The notes beneath the pieces are model-generated. The model was not told the DNA's origin. It did not search any database and saw nothing but the letters and a program-made list of their open reading frames with translations. A stretch of DNA of 63,612 nt, the filler included, from Licmophora abbreviata (taxonomy: Eukaryota), in NCBI GenBank assembly GCA_900291995.1. It is 22 parts of 22 records of this genome, joined end to end, with 100 filler letters (N's around TTAATTAATTAA, not from the genome) between each part and the next. Parts side by side here need not be neighbours in the genome. Positions count along the whole stretch, not along the records: positions 48,827 to 50,357 come from OLMU01005063.1; positions 50,458 to 52,396 come from OLMU01005064.1; positions 52,497 to 55,075 come from OLMU01005065.1; positions 55,176 to 56,893 come from OLMU01005067.1; positions 56,994 to 59,584 come from OLMU01005068.1; positions 59,685 to 62,291 come from OLMU01005069.1; 16 more parts are not named here. One strand, given 5' to 3'. The position numbers and the translations under genes are program-made. Positions 49,372-60,828 of the stretch are shown here, piece by piece (the stretch's first letter is position 1; each line of letters starts with the position of its first letter).

Positions 49372-49817
49372 CCGACAAAGACCAAGACCAGAACCAAGAC
49401 GCCGCTTCCGTTTCCCCCGACCTGTTCGAGCCGCCCTCGCCGCTGGCCACCCATCTGGGCATCGCCATGACCGGCTGGCGCAAGGGCTGGGCGCGCGTCG
49501 AGGCGCCGATGGTGCCCGAACTTCTGAACCGTCAGGGCCTGCCCCATGGCGGGCTGCATGCCACGCTTCTGGATACCGCGATGGGGTTTTCGGGCTGCTT
49601 CACCGGCGATCCGGACCTGCGGCAGATGGCTCTGACCCTGTCGCTCACGGTCAATTACCTGGGCCAGGCGCAGGGCAGCCGCCTGATCGCCGAGGCCCGC
49701 TTCACTGGTGGCGGCCGCAAGACCTTTTTCGCCGAAGGCACGGTGCAGGACGACACCGGCGCGCTGATCGCCACCGGCACCGGGGTCTTTCGCTATCGCG
49801 GCGCGCCCGGCGCCTGA
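49368..49817 (+). CDS. PaaI family thioesterase
   Basis: NRQGLPHGGLHATLLD hot-dog motif. Confidence 0.9.
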   Translation: MTDKDQDQNQDAASVSPDLFEPPSPLATHLGIAMTGWRKGWARVEAPMVPELLNRQGLPHGGLHATLLDTAMGFSGCFTGDPDLRQMALTLSLTVNYLGQAQGSRLIAEARFTGGGRKTFFAEGTVQDDTGALIATGTGVFRYRGAPGA

Positions 49818-49883
49818 AATTCGCCGTTTCCATTCCCCCGGCTTTCGCGTTTAAATACCGCCGGATTCACAAGAGGTCACACC

Positions 49884-50120
49884 ATGCGCCCCGTGTTCGT
49901 CAACATCCGCTGCAAACCCGGCACCTCCTACCGTGTGGCCGAGAATATCGCCCTGCGCGAAATCCATTCCGAGCTTTATTCGACCTCCGGCCCGTTCGAC
50001 CTTCTGCTCAAGCTCTACATTCCCGACGAACAGGACACGGGCAAATACATCAACGATCACCTGCTCGATATCGACGGGATCGAACGCACCGAGACAACGC
50101 TGACCTTCAAGGCGTTCTGA
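49884..50120 (+). CDS. Stand-alone Lrp/AsnC ligand-binding domain protein
   Basis: 78 aa; YSTSGPFDLLLK...IDGIERTET; no HTH. Confidence 0.85.
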   Translation: MRPVFVNIRCKPGTSYRVAENIALREIHSELYSTSGPFDLLLKLYIPDEQDTGKYINDHLLDIDGIERTETTLTFKAF

Positions 50121-50152
50121 CACATAAAAAACCTCAAGGGAGAGACGATCCG

Positions 50153-51409
50153 ATGACATTCAAATCACTCGTGGCCGCGGCCTGCATGGGCCTGATGGCC
50201 ACCGCCGCGACGGCACAGGACAGCTCGGTCAAGGTCGGCATGATCACCACCCTGTCGGGCGGCGGCGCCGGGCTTGGCATCGACACCCGCGACGGCTTCA
50301 TGCTGGCGATGAAAATGGCCGGCGACGCGGCCCCCGAAGTGGTGATCGAAGACGATCNNNNNNNNNNNNNNNNNNNNNNNNNNNNNNNNNNNNNNNNNNN
50401 NTTAATTAATTAANNNNNNNNNNNNNNNNNNNNNNNNNNNNNNNNNNNNNNNNNNNNGATCGAAGACGATCAGCGCAAGCCCGACATCGCGGTGCAGCTG
50501 GCCGACAAGATGATCCAGTCCGACAAGGTCGACGTGCTCACCGGCATCGTGTGGTCCAACCTCGCCATGGCCGTGGTGCCCGCCGCCACCGCACAGGGCA
50601 AGTTCTACCTGTCCACCAACGCCGCCCCTTCGGCGCTTGCGGGCAAGGGCTGCCATCCCAATTACTTCTCGGTCTCCTACCAGAACGACAACCTGCACGA
50701 GGCCGCAGGCGCCTATGTGAAGAATGCAGGCTACACCAACCACTTCATCCTCGCCCCCAACTACCCGGCAGGCCAAGACAGCCTCACCGGCTTCAAACGG
50801 CTCTATGGCGGGGATCTCGCCGGCGAGATCTACACCCAGCTGGGGCAGACCGACTACGCCGCCGAAATCGCCCAGATCCGGGCCTCGGGCGCCGATAGCG
50901 TGTTCTTCTTCCTGCCCGGCGGCATGGGGATTTCCTTCCTCAAGCAATATGCCGAAAGCGGTCTCGACATCCCCGTGGTCGGCCCCGCCTTCAGCTTCGA
51001 TCAGGGCATCTTGCAAGCCGTCGGCGACGCGGCCCTCGGCGTGATCAACACAAGCCAGTGGAACAAGGATATCGACAACGCCGCCAACGCAACCTTCGTC
51101 GAGGCGTTTCAAGCCGAATATGGCCGCCTGCCCTCGCTCTATGCGGCGCAAGGCTATGACACCGCCAACCTCCTGCTGTCGGCGCTGGCCAGCACCGACA
51201 TCTCCGATACCGAGGCGTTCCGCGCGGCCCTGAAATCCGCCGATTTCGACAGCGTCCGGGGTGATTTCTCGTTCGCCGCCAACAACCACCCGGTGCAGGA
51301 CATCTACGTGCGTGAAGTGATCAAGGAAGGCAACATCTTCACCAACAAGATCGTCGGTGTCGCGCTCGAGGATCACTCCAACGTCTACGTGGACGAGTGC
51401 AAGATGTAA
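50153..51409 (+). CDS. ABC (HAAT/Liv-type) substrate-binding protein (split by linker; ends overlap)
   Basis: Signal peptide; VKVGMITTLSG, APNYPAG, YAAQGYD; GATCGAAGACGATC on both sides of the gap. Confidence 0.9.
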
Positions 51410-51463
51410 CCTCTTTCGGGCGGGTGCCCCTCGCGCCCGCCCGCAACCGGAGACCGGTTTTTC

Positions 51464-52384
51464 GTGACAGTGCTGCTTTTCATCGAACAGGTCCTGAACG
51501 GGCTTCAGTTCGGGGTCATGCTTTTCCTCATGGCCGCCGGGCTGACGCTCGTGTTCGGGGTGATGGGGCTGATCAATCTGGCGCATGGCTCGCTCTACAT
51601 GATCGGCGCCTTTGCCGCCGCGGCCGTGGCCGGGGCGACCGGCTCTTTCCTGCTGGCGCTCGCGGCGGCGCTGACGGCGGCGGCCGCGGCGGGCGCGCTG
51701 GTCGAAATGCTGGTGATGCGCAGGCTTTATGACCGCGACCACCTCGATCAGGTGCTCGCCACCTTCGCGCTGATCCTGATCTTTTCGGAAACCACCCGCT
51801 GGGTGTTCGGGTCCTTCCCGCTGTTTCTCGACATTCCCGACTGGCTCTCGGGACCGGTCAGCCTGCCCGGCGGGATCGAGTATTCGCTCTATCGCCTGGC
51901 GATCATCGGGACGGGGCTTGCGGTGGCGGCTGCGCTCTTCTGGCTGATCTCTCGCACCCGGCTCGGCATCCGCATCCGCGCGGGCGAATCGGATCGCGAG
52001 ATGATCGCGGCGCTCGGCATCGACATTTCGCGGCTCTATACGATCGTGTTCGCGCTCGGCGCGGCCCTTGCCGGGCTCGCCGGGGCGATGGTGGGCGCGA
52101 TCCAGTCGGTGCAGGTCGGCATGGGCGAGCCGGTGCTGATCCTCGCCTTCGTGGTGATCGTGATCGGCGGCATCGGCTCGATTCGCGGCGCGCTGGTGGG
52201 CGCGCTGCTGGTTGGGCTGACAGATACGCTCGGCGGTCTGCTGCTGCCCGAGCTGTTCAAACTCTTCATGGACACGTCCTCGGCCTCCACCACCGGATCG
52301 GCGCTGGCGTCGATGCTGATCTATATCCTGATGGCCTGCGTGCTGATCTGGCGCCCCCGCGGCCTCTTCGGAGGCAGCGCATGA
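51464..52384 (+). CDS. ABC permease, LivH-like
   Basis: GLTLVFGVMGLINLAHG, VIVIGGIGS. Confidence 0.92.
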   Translation: MTVLLFIEQVLNGLQFGVMLFLMAAGLTLVFGVMGLINLAHGSLYMIGAFAAAAVAGATGSFLLALAAALTAAAAAGALVEMLVMRRLYDRDHLDQVLATFALILIFSETTRWVFGSFPLFLDIPDWLSGPVSLPGGIEYSLYRLAIIGTGLAVAAALFWLISRTRLGIRIRAGESDREMIAALGIDISRLYTIVFALGAALAGLAGAMVGAIQSVQVGMGEPVLILAFVVIVIGGIGSIRGALVGALLVGLTDTLGGLLLPELFKLFMDTSSASTTGSALASMLIYILMACVLIWRPRGLFGGSA

Positions 52385-53459
52385 CACCCCTCTCCCNNNN
52401 NNNNNNNNNNNNNNNNNNNNNNNNNNNNNNNNNNNNNNNNTTAATTAATTAANNNNNNNNNNNNNNNNNNNNNNNNNNNNNNNNNNNNNNNNNNNNAACA
52501 CGGCCCTTCTGCTGGGGCTTCTGGCAGTGCCGCTCTGGGCTTGGGCCGCGGACGAGCCCTTCACCATCACCCTTGCCACCCGCGTGGCGATCCTCGCGCT
52601 GGCCGGCGTTGGGCTCAACATCGCGCTCGGTTTGGGTGGGCTGGTCAGCCTCGGCCATGCCGCCTTCTTCGGGATCGGCGGCTATGCGATGGGCATCCTC
52701 GCCAGCCATGCCCAAAGCTTCAGCCCCCTCATGGAAAGCCCCATCCTGATCGAAGGGACCAAATCCATGCCGGTGATATGGCTTGTCGCCATCATCACCT
52801 CGGGCCTGGCAGCCCTGGTGATCGGCGCCCTGTCGCTGCGCACCTCGGGGGTCTATTTCATCATGATCACACTCGCCTTCGGGCAGATGTTCTATTTCTT
52901 CGCCATCTCATGGCCCGCCTATGGCGGCGAGGACGGGCTGTCGATCTATGTGCGCAACGACTTTCCGGGCCTCAACACGCTCGATCCGATCCAGTTCTTC
53001 GGGATCTGCTTCGGCGCCCTCGCCCTTGCGCTGTGGTTCAACGCCCGGCTGGCGCGCTCGCCCTTCGGACTTGCGCTCAACGCCGCGCGGCAAAACCCCA
53101 CAAGGGTCGAGACGATCGGCCTCAGCCCGTTCCGCCTGCGGCTCACCGCCTTCGTGATCTCCGGCGCGATCACCGGTCTGGCCGGCGCGCTCTTCGCCGA
53201 TCTCAACCGCTTCGTCAGCCCCACGATGTTCTCCTGGCAGATGAGCGGCGAGATCATGGTCTTCATCATCCTGGGCGGTGTCGCGCGGCTCTATGGCCCG
53301 GTCGCGGGCGCGGCGCTCTTCATCACGCTCGAACATATGCTGGGCGGGCTGTCCGAGTTCTGGATGATCTGGCTCGGCCTCCTTCTTCTGCTGGTGGTGC
53401 TCTTCGCGCGCGGCGGGGTGATCGGGCTTCTGGCGGGCAGACAGGTGGCCCATGACTGA
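52381..53459 (+). CDS. ABC permease, LivM-like (split by linker)
   Basis: GLVSLGHAAFFGIG, GVYFIMITLAF, GGEDG. Confidence 0.9.
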
Positions 53460-53560
53460 CGCCATTCTTGCCACAGAAGGGTTAACGAAAGCCTTCGGCG
53501 CCGTGCGCGCCTCCGACAATGTCAGCCTCGACCTGCGCCCGGGCGAAATCCATGCCATCA

Positions 53561-53592
<32 letters not shown>

Positions 53593-54201
53593 ATCGCGCA
53601 GATCTGCGGCGGCCTTGCGCCGGATGCAGGCCGCATCACCTTTCTGGGACAGGACGTCACCGGCCTGTCCACCCGCGCCCGCGCCCGCATGGGTCTGGCC
53701 CGCACCTTCCAGATCTCGGCGCTGGCGATGGAGGACACGGTCCTGCAGAACGTCACCCTGGGCGCCTTGGGCGCGCGCGGCGGCCCCTTGGGACTGATCC
53801 GCCCCGCATTGGCGCAACGCGACCTGCGCGACACAGCCCTCGCCGCCCTCGAGCGTGTCGGGCTGGCCGATCAGGCCGCCACTGTCACCGCCGAACTCAG
53901 CCACGGCCAACGCCGGCAACTCGAAGTCGCGGTCGCCCTCACCCTCGCCCCCCGCGCCTTCATCATGGACGAGCCGATGGCCGGCATGGGCGCCGAAGGC
54001 TCACGCCAGATGACGGGCTTTCTCGACAGCCTGCGCGACGAGGCCCCGATCCTGCTGGTGGAACACGACATGGACGCGGTCTTCGCCCTCGCCGACCGGC
54101 TCAGCGTGCTGGTCTATGGCCAGATCATCGCCACCGGCACGGTGGACGAGATCCGCGCCAACGCGGATGTGCGCGCCGCCTATCTGGGAGAGGGATCATG
54201 A
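53452..54201 (+). CDS. ABC ATP-binding protein, LivG-like
   Basis: GPNGAGKST, LSHGQ, DEP, EHD. Confidence 0.93.
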
Positions 54202-54259
54202 CTGCCCGCCCCATGCCCGCCCGCGCCACTTGGCGGCGTGCTTCGGATGCCTCCGGCGG

Positions 54260-54316
54260 GAGTATTTCGGGAACGATGAAAGCCTGTCTGCAGATTTCAC
54301 TGTTCTTCAAATACTC
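54260..54316. repeat. Inverted pair of 22-bp REP-like motifs between the two ATPase genes
   Basis: GAGTATTTCGGGAACGATGAAA ... TTTCACTGTTCTTCAAATACTC. Confidence 0.7.
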
Positions 54317-54349
54317 GAAAAGCGCCGCGACCCGCCACGGAGACCCGCA

Positions 54350-54742
54350 ATGAGTCTGCTTCGCCTTGACGCCGTCACGGCCAGCTATGGCGCGACACAG
54401 GCGCTTTTCGGGGTGTCGCTCGATCTGGCCGAGGGCGAGGTGCTGGCGCTCATGGGGCGCAACGGCATGGGCAAGTCCACCACCATCAAGACGATCTGCC
54501 GGATGATCCCGGTACGCTCGGGCCAGATCACATTTGACGGAACCGATATCCTGCGCCTGCCCTCGCACCGGGCGGCGCGGCTTGGACTGGGGCTGGTGCC
54601 CGAGGGGCGGCGTGTCTTTCCCAATCTCAGCGTGCATGAAAACCTGATCGCCGCCGCCCGGCCCGGGCATTGGGATGTCGCGCGGGTGACGGGGCTTTTC
54701 CCGAGGCTGGCCGAACGGCGCAGTCAGGGGGCTGCGACATTG

Positions 54743-54773
<31 letters not shown>

Positions 54774-55039
54774 GGCGCGCGTTGATGACCAATCCGCGTC
54801 TTCTGATCCTCGATGAGGCGACCGAGGGTCTGGCGCCGATCGTCCGGCAGGAAATCTGGTCGGCCATCGCTCGACTGCGCGCCGAGACCGGTCTGTCGAT
54901 CCTGCTGGTCGACAAGTCGCTGGCCGAGCTGGGCCGGGTGGCCGACCGAGCCGTGATCCTGCAGCGCGGCGAGTCGGTCTGGTCCGGGGCCTTCGCCGAT
55001 CTCACGCCCGAGATCACCACCCGACTGATCGGGGTGTAA
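54350..55039 (+). CDS. ABC ATP-binding protein, LivF-like
   Basis: GRNGMGKST, VPEGR, LSGGEQQM. Confidence 0.93.
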
Positions 55040-55175
55040 CCCGCAGCTCCAAGGCCTTTTGTGTACGGGATGGACNNNNNNNNNNNNNNNNNNNNNNNNN
55101 NNNNNNNNNNNNNNNNNNNTTAATTAATTAANNNNNNNNNNNNNNNNNNNNNNNNNNNNNNNNNNNNNNNNNNNN

Positions 55176-55758
55176 CCAGCCATGCGCGCACCCGGTCTTC
55201 GGGGCTCTCGTGCCATGTGATATCGGTGACCGCCGAGACGATATCGGCCCCCGCCTCGAAGGCGCCGGGCGCGCGGTCCACGCTCATGCCGCCGATGGCG
55301 ACCAGCGGGATATTCCCGATCAACCCCTTCCATTCGCTCAGTTTTTCCAGCCCTTGCTGGTGCCATTTCATCTTCTTGAGCTTGGTGGGATAGATCGGGC
55401 CAAGCGCCACATAATCGGGATCATGGCCAAGCGCCCGGTCCAGCTCGTCGCGGTCATGGGTGCTGATGCCGATCCGCAGACCGGCCCGGCGAATCGCCGC
55501 CATGTCCGCCACATCCAGATCCTCCTGACCCAGATGGATACAGTCACAGTCCAGATCCATCGCCAGCTTCCAATAATCGTTCACGATCAATGTGATACCG
55601 GAATTCCGACAGATCGTTTTCGCTTTGGCGATCTGATCGCGCAGCTCTGGCTCGGGCTGGTCCTTGATCCGCAACTGCACCAGTTTGATGCCAAGGGGCG
55701 CCATCCGTTCCAGCCAGCTCACATCGTCGAAAATCGGGTAGAACCGGTCCAGCGTCAT
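55176..55758 (-). CDS. thiE: Thiamine-phosphate synthase, 3' end truncated
   Basis: VQLRIK, IVND, HLGQED, GISTH, VAIGG. Confidence 0.95.
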
Positions 55759-56528
55759 TCCAGAAAGGCCTTTCCTATCAACGGGGTAGAGGGGGCCGCC
55801 ATGTCACGCGGCTCCATCGGGTCGGCCTCATGCGCAAGCCTCCCGGCCTCGACCGCGCGGGCGAACCCTTCGGCCATGGCCGCAGGATCCCCGGCCTTGG
55901 CCACGGCGGTGTTGAGCAGCACGGCGTCAAACCCCATCTCCATCGCCTGAGCGGCCTGACTGGGCAGGCCAAGCCCCGCATCCACCACCATCGGCACATC
56001 GGGAAACTGCGCCCTAAGTGTCCGTAAACCATAGATATTCGTGAGCCCTAGGCCCGTCCCGATCGGGGCACCCCATGGCATCAGAACCTTGCAGCCCGCC
56101 TCAAGCAGCCGGTCGGCCAGCACGATATCCTCGGTGGTATAGGGAAACACCTCGAAGCCATCATCGGTCAGGATGCGGGCCGCTTCGACCAGTCCGAAGG
56201 GATCGGGCTGCAGCGTGTCGGCATGGCCGATCACCTCGAGCTTGATCCAGTTGGTCTCGAAAAGCTCGCGCGCCATCTGAGCCGTCGTCACCGCCTCGCG
56301 CACTGAATGGCAACCGGCGGTATTGGGCAGCACCTTGACGCCAAGCTGGCGCACCAGTTCCCAGAAGGCGGCACCGGCGCGCTCGGTGCCCGCTTCGCGC
56401 CGGACCGACATCGTGGCGATCCCCGCGCCCGAGCGGCGAAACGCCTGTTCCAGAATGGCGGGCGACGGATAAAGCGCCGTGCCCAGCATCAGGCGCGATT
56501 GCACCTCGGTTCCGTAAAACGTCACCAT
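55755..56528 (-). CDS. thiG: Thiazole synthase
   Basis: [31 protein letters not shown]. Confidence 0.97.
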   Translation of the reverse strand: MVTFYGTEVQSRLMLGTALYPSPAILEQAFRRSGAGIATMSVRREAGTERAGAAFWELVRQLGVKVLPNTAGCHSVREAVTTAQMARELFETNWIKLEVIGHADTLQPDPFGLVEAARILTDDGFEVFPYTTEDIVLADRLLEAGCKVLMPWGAPIGTGLGLTNIYGLRTLRAQFPDVPMVVDAGLGLPSQAAQAMEMGFDAVLLNTAVAKAGDPAAMAEGFARAVEAGRLAHEADPMEPRDMAAPSTPLIGKAFLE

Positions 56529-56531
56529 GTC

Positions 56532-56729
56532 TCAGCCCCCCTGCCTTGGCGCGACGATCTCAAGCCGGTCGCCGTCCTGCAAGGTCGTGGCCGCGCGGCT
56601 TGTCGCAGGCACAAAGGCCTCGTTCACCGCCGTCGCAACCTTGGCCTTACCATAGCCCAGTTCGATCAGCGCGGCATCGAGCGTCGTGCCCGAGACCTCG
56701 TGGCTGTCACCGTTCACCGTGATCTTCAT
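56532..56729 (-). CDS. thiS: Sulfur carrier ThiS
   Basis: 65 aa; ITVNG...DGDRLEIV..QGG. Confidence 0.96.
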   Translation of the reverse strand: MKITVNGDSHEVSGTTLDAALIELGYGKAKVATAVNEAFVPATSRAATTLQDGDRLEIVAPRQGG

Positions 56730-57752
56730 CCATCACCTCCGGAATTGTGCCATCCAGCACCAGATCCGCCACCATCCGCGCCAGCGCGGGCGCCAGAAGA
56801 AAACCGTGGCGAAACAGGCCGTTGACAAGGATCGTATCGCCCCGCCGCCGAATGCGCGGCAGGTTGTCGGGAAAGGCCGGTCGCGCATCCACANNNNNNN
56901 NNNNNNNNNNNNNNNNNNNNNNNNNNNNNNNNNNNNNTTAATTAATTAANNNNNNNNNNNNNNNNNNNNNNNNNNNNNNNNNNNNNNNNNNNNATAGGCC
57001 GCGCTGAACAACTCGGTCACCGAGCGCAGGGTCGCGCGATGCCGTTCGCCGCTTTCGATCTGGGTGGCGCCCAGCATGAACACCCCGTCGCCGCGCGGCA
57101 CGATATAAAGCGGATGGCGCGGATGCAGCAGGCGCACGGGGCGGCGCAAGTCTATATCCGGAGCGCGCAGCACCGCCATTTCCCCCTTTACCCCACGCAG
57201 ATCGCTCAGCACATCCCGCGCCGCCAGTCCCCGGCAGTCGATCACCAGCCCGCTCGCATCATCGGCGCGCTCGAGCACCGGCACATTCCGGTCATCCAAC
57301 CGCTGGCGCAGCTGCGCGAGCGCGGCGCGCGGCGCGATATGCGCCTCGTCGGGGAAAAACAGCGCCCGGTCGAAGCGCCCTTCCAGCTGCGGTTCCTTCT
57401 CGGCCAGGGTCATGCGGTCGAGCCGTTCGTGCCGTTCGGTCCGGCGCGCGAAGCGGTCAAGCTCGCTGCGGTCGCGGCCAAGGGCCACGACAAGCGAGCC
57501 TTCGTGGCTCACGTCGACGCCCTGCGCCTGCCACCAGCCCGCCGCTTCCTGCCCCAGCCTGACAACGGGTTCTTCGGCTGACTCCCCTTCGCAGAATGGC
57601 GCAAGCATCCCCCCGGCCCACCACGAACAGGCATGTGCGCCGGGGCTGGGCTGCGGATCGACAAGACGCAAATCGATCCCACGCGCCACAAGTTCGGTGG
57701 CAACGCACAGACCGGCGACACCGGCCCCGAGGATAGTGACACGCGCACTCAT
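56707..57752 (-). CDS. thiO: Glycine oxidase (split by linker 56894-56993)
   Basis: GAGVAG, AGGMLAP, RGVKGE, YIVPR, NGLFRHGFLLAP. Confidence 0.92.
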
Positions 57753-58567
57753 GTCCAAAGCTCGTAGAAGTGATGCACCGGGCCATGCCCCTGCCCCACA
57801 TGCAGGCTGTCGGCAGCGGCGATCGCCCCCTGCAGCCAGCCATGCGCGCGGCGCAGCGCTTCATCCAGCGGGTGGCCATGCGCGAGCTCCGCCGCAATCG
57901 CCGAGGACAGCGAACAGCCCGTGCCATGGGTATTTCCCGTGGCGATGCGTGTGACCTCGATGCGCAGCGTGCCTGCATCACTCACCAGCAGGTCCGTGCA
58001 AACCGGTCCTGCGGAATGCCCCCCCTTCATCAGCACCGCCCTCGGCCCCATCGCCAGAAGCGCATGGCCCTGCGCCTCGGCCTCTTCCAGAGTGCTTGCC
58101 GGCGCGCGCCCCAGAAGGCGCGCCGCTTCGGGTAGGTTCGGGGTGAGGATCGTGGCGCGCGGCAGCAGCAGCTCTATCACCGCGTCGACGGCCTCATCGG
58201 CCAGAAGCGGATCACCGGACTTGGCCACCATGACCGGATCAAGCACGATCGGGCCGCCGTAGCCTGCAAGGGCATGCGCCACGGTTTGCGCGACCGACGC
58301 GGTGCCCAGCATCCCGATCTTGATGGCATCGGGCGGGATGTCCGTCAGGACCGACGCGATCTGCGCGGCGATCATCGCTTCCGACACAGGCTCCACCGCC
58401 TGAACCCCGATGGTGTTCTGCGCGGTGATGCCGGTGATCGCGCTTGCGCCATAGACCCCGCGCGCCGAAAAGGTCTTAAGATCGGCCTGAATGCCCGCAC
58501 CTCCGCCACTGTCGGAGCCTGCGATCGTCAGCGCCTTGGGCGGGCTGGCCTTGGGTGATGGTGTCAT
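57749..58567 (-). CDS. thiD: HMP/HMP-P kinase
   Basis: IAGSDSGGGAGIQAD, DPVM, TPNLPEA, THGTGC. Confidence 0.97.
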   Translation of the reverse strand: MTPSPKASPPKALTIAGSDSGGGAGIQADLKTFSARGVYGASAITGITAQNTIGVQAVEPVSEAMIAAQIASVLTDIPPDAIKIGMLGTASVAQTVAHALAGYGGPIVLDPVMVAKSGDPLLADEAVDAVIELLLPRATILTPNLPEAARLLGRAPASTLEEAEAQGHALLAMGPRAVLMKGGHSAGPVCTDLLVSDAGTLRIEVTRIATGNTHGTGCSLSSAIAAELAHGHPLDEALRRAHGWLQGAIAAADSLHVGQGHGPVHHFYELWT

Positions 58568-58630
58568 CGTGCGCTCCCCCGGTGTGGGAAGACGGATGGT
58601 CCGACGCTTGGCGCTGTGGCCTCAGGTCAG

Positions 58631-58716
58631 GTCCGTTCCCTACGCCGGCATTGTCCGGATCAGGTTCGATGGGTTGGCTGCGCCTCTCAGCCCCATGACG
58701 GGACACCCCAACGGAT
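58631..58716 (-). ncRNA. TPP riboswitch (THI element)
   Basis: Minus strand: CCGTTGGGGTG...CTGAGA...ACCC..CGAACCTGATCCGG.CAATGCCGGCGTAGGGAACGG upstream of thiD. Confidence 0.96.
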
Positions 58717-58768
58717 ATGGGGCAACCTAGAACCATGCCGAACGAAGTTCAAGCGGCACAAAGCGGAT

Positions 58769-60828
58769 TTACGTCTCGAGCCCAAGGGCCTTGCGGCGGC
58801 GATTGGCCCAGACGGTGATCAGATGATCCACCATCAGCCCCATGAACGCCACGGCCAGCCCTAGAACCAGCCCCTTGCCCACATCGCTGGACGACAAGGC
58901 GCGCTGCATTTCCTGCCCAAGATCCTGCGTGCCGATGAAGGCGGCGATAATGACCATGAAGAGCGAGAACATCACCGACTGGTTCACCCCCACCATGATC
59001 GTCGGCAAGGCCAGCGGCAGCCGCACCGACCACAAGGTCTGCCGCCGCGAGGCACCCGACATATTCGCCGCCTCGATTTGCGCCACGGGTACATTGCGCA
59101 GCCCTTCGATCGTGTAGCGGATCAGCGGGACCGCCGCGAACAACACCACCGCGCCCACCACCGCCACGTCATTGACACCGAACAGCATGATGACCGGGAT
59201 GAGGTAGATGAAGCTTGGAAAGGTTTGCAGCGTGTCACAGATCAGCAGAACGGCGCGCGCACGGCTTTCGCTACGGCTGCCCCAGATGCCAAGCGGGAAC
59301 CCGATCAGCGTGGCCAGAAACACCGCGAAAGTGACCGTGTAGACGGTAATCATGGCGCGGTCCCACCATCCCGTCATGGCGATCAGGCCGAAATATGCCA
59401 GACAGATCAGCGCCGAGCGCCGCCCGCCAATGGCCCAGCCCACTGCCATCAGGAACACCAGCACCGCCGAGAACGGCAACCACAGCATCGCATCGCGCAG
59501 CGGGATCAGCACCCAGACGATCAGAAACCACCTGAGCCACTGGGTCACCGGATCGAGGACCATGATGACCCAGTCCATCATCGCNNNNNNNNNNNNNNNN
59601 NNNNNNNNNNNNNNNNNNNNNNNNNNNNTTAATTAATTAANNNNNNNNNNNNNNNNNNNNNNNNNNNNNNNNNNNNNNNNNNNNCCGCCAGACTGAACGC
59701 GTCGCGTCGCCCAATCTCGTGCAGAACCGGGAACATCACAGACAGACCCCAGAAAACACCGACCAGAACAGCCCAGATCAACAACAAACGGTGACGGATC
59801 CGCCATGAGGTGCCCTTTTCGATATGCTCCGGCTGGCGCGTGGCCCAGGCCTTGGAACACCGGTCCAGCATGACCGCCAGCAGCACGATCGTGATGCCGA
59901 TTTCGATCGAGCGACCGATCTTGAGCGCCTGTAGAAGTTGCAGCAATTTCTGCCCCAGTCCCGGCATCCCGATGAAGCTTGCCAGAACGACCATTGCAAG
60001 GCACTGCATGATGACCTGATTGACGCCCACCAGAATTTCGGTCCGCGCGGTCGGCAGGCGCACATGGCGCAGCAATTGCCAGCGCGTGGCGCCCGCCATA
60101 TGCCCCGCCTCGATCACTTCGGGCGGGACTTTTTGAAGACCCAGCAGGGTCATGCGGATCATCGGCGGGACCGAGAAGATGATCGTGACAATCGCGCCGG
60201 CCTTGGGCCCGACCCCGATGAACACCACAACCGGGATCATATAGGCGAAATGCGGCAGCGACTGCGCGACATTCAACAGGGGATTGAGCACCATCCGAAA
60301 CCCTGCGCTGCGCCATGCCATCGTGCCAAGGACCAGCCCGAGCAGGATCGACAAGGGGGCTGCCACGATGATGACCGACAGGGTCTCCATCGTCCATTCC
60401 CACTGGCCCATCACCGCCACCCAGACAAAGGTCAGCCCGGCGAACATCGCCAGCCGCCAGCCGCTCAGGTAATAGCCGATCATGGCGGCGGTAACGGCGA
60501 TCACGCTCCAGGGGATCGGGCCGAGTCTCGGCCAGCGGTTCTTGCCGTAAAGCAGGTTGGCCGTGATATCCAGCAGCCACTCCACCCCATCGGCGAAGGC
60601 GCGGGTGACATGGATCAGGCCAAGATCTTCACGCAGAAAGTCGAAAAAGGCGTTGATCCAATCCGCAAATGGCCAGACCATCCATGCGGCTGGACGCACA
60701 AGACCCTCGGGCAGAACGCCCTTGCCGACCGTGAGGACCAGCGCCGCCATCAACAGGATCTGGGCCACACGCATCCGCACATCATGACGGGCATCGACAT
60801 GATGCGCGTTTGTCGACACTGCCGTCAT
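58769..60828 (-). CDS. tmoV: Fused double-permease of quaternary-amine ABC transporter (TmoV-like), split by linker
   Basis: Two ProW-like halves, each with EAA loop and GVNQ motif; no stop before the gap. Confidence 0.7.
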
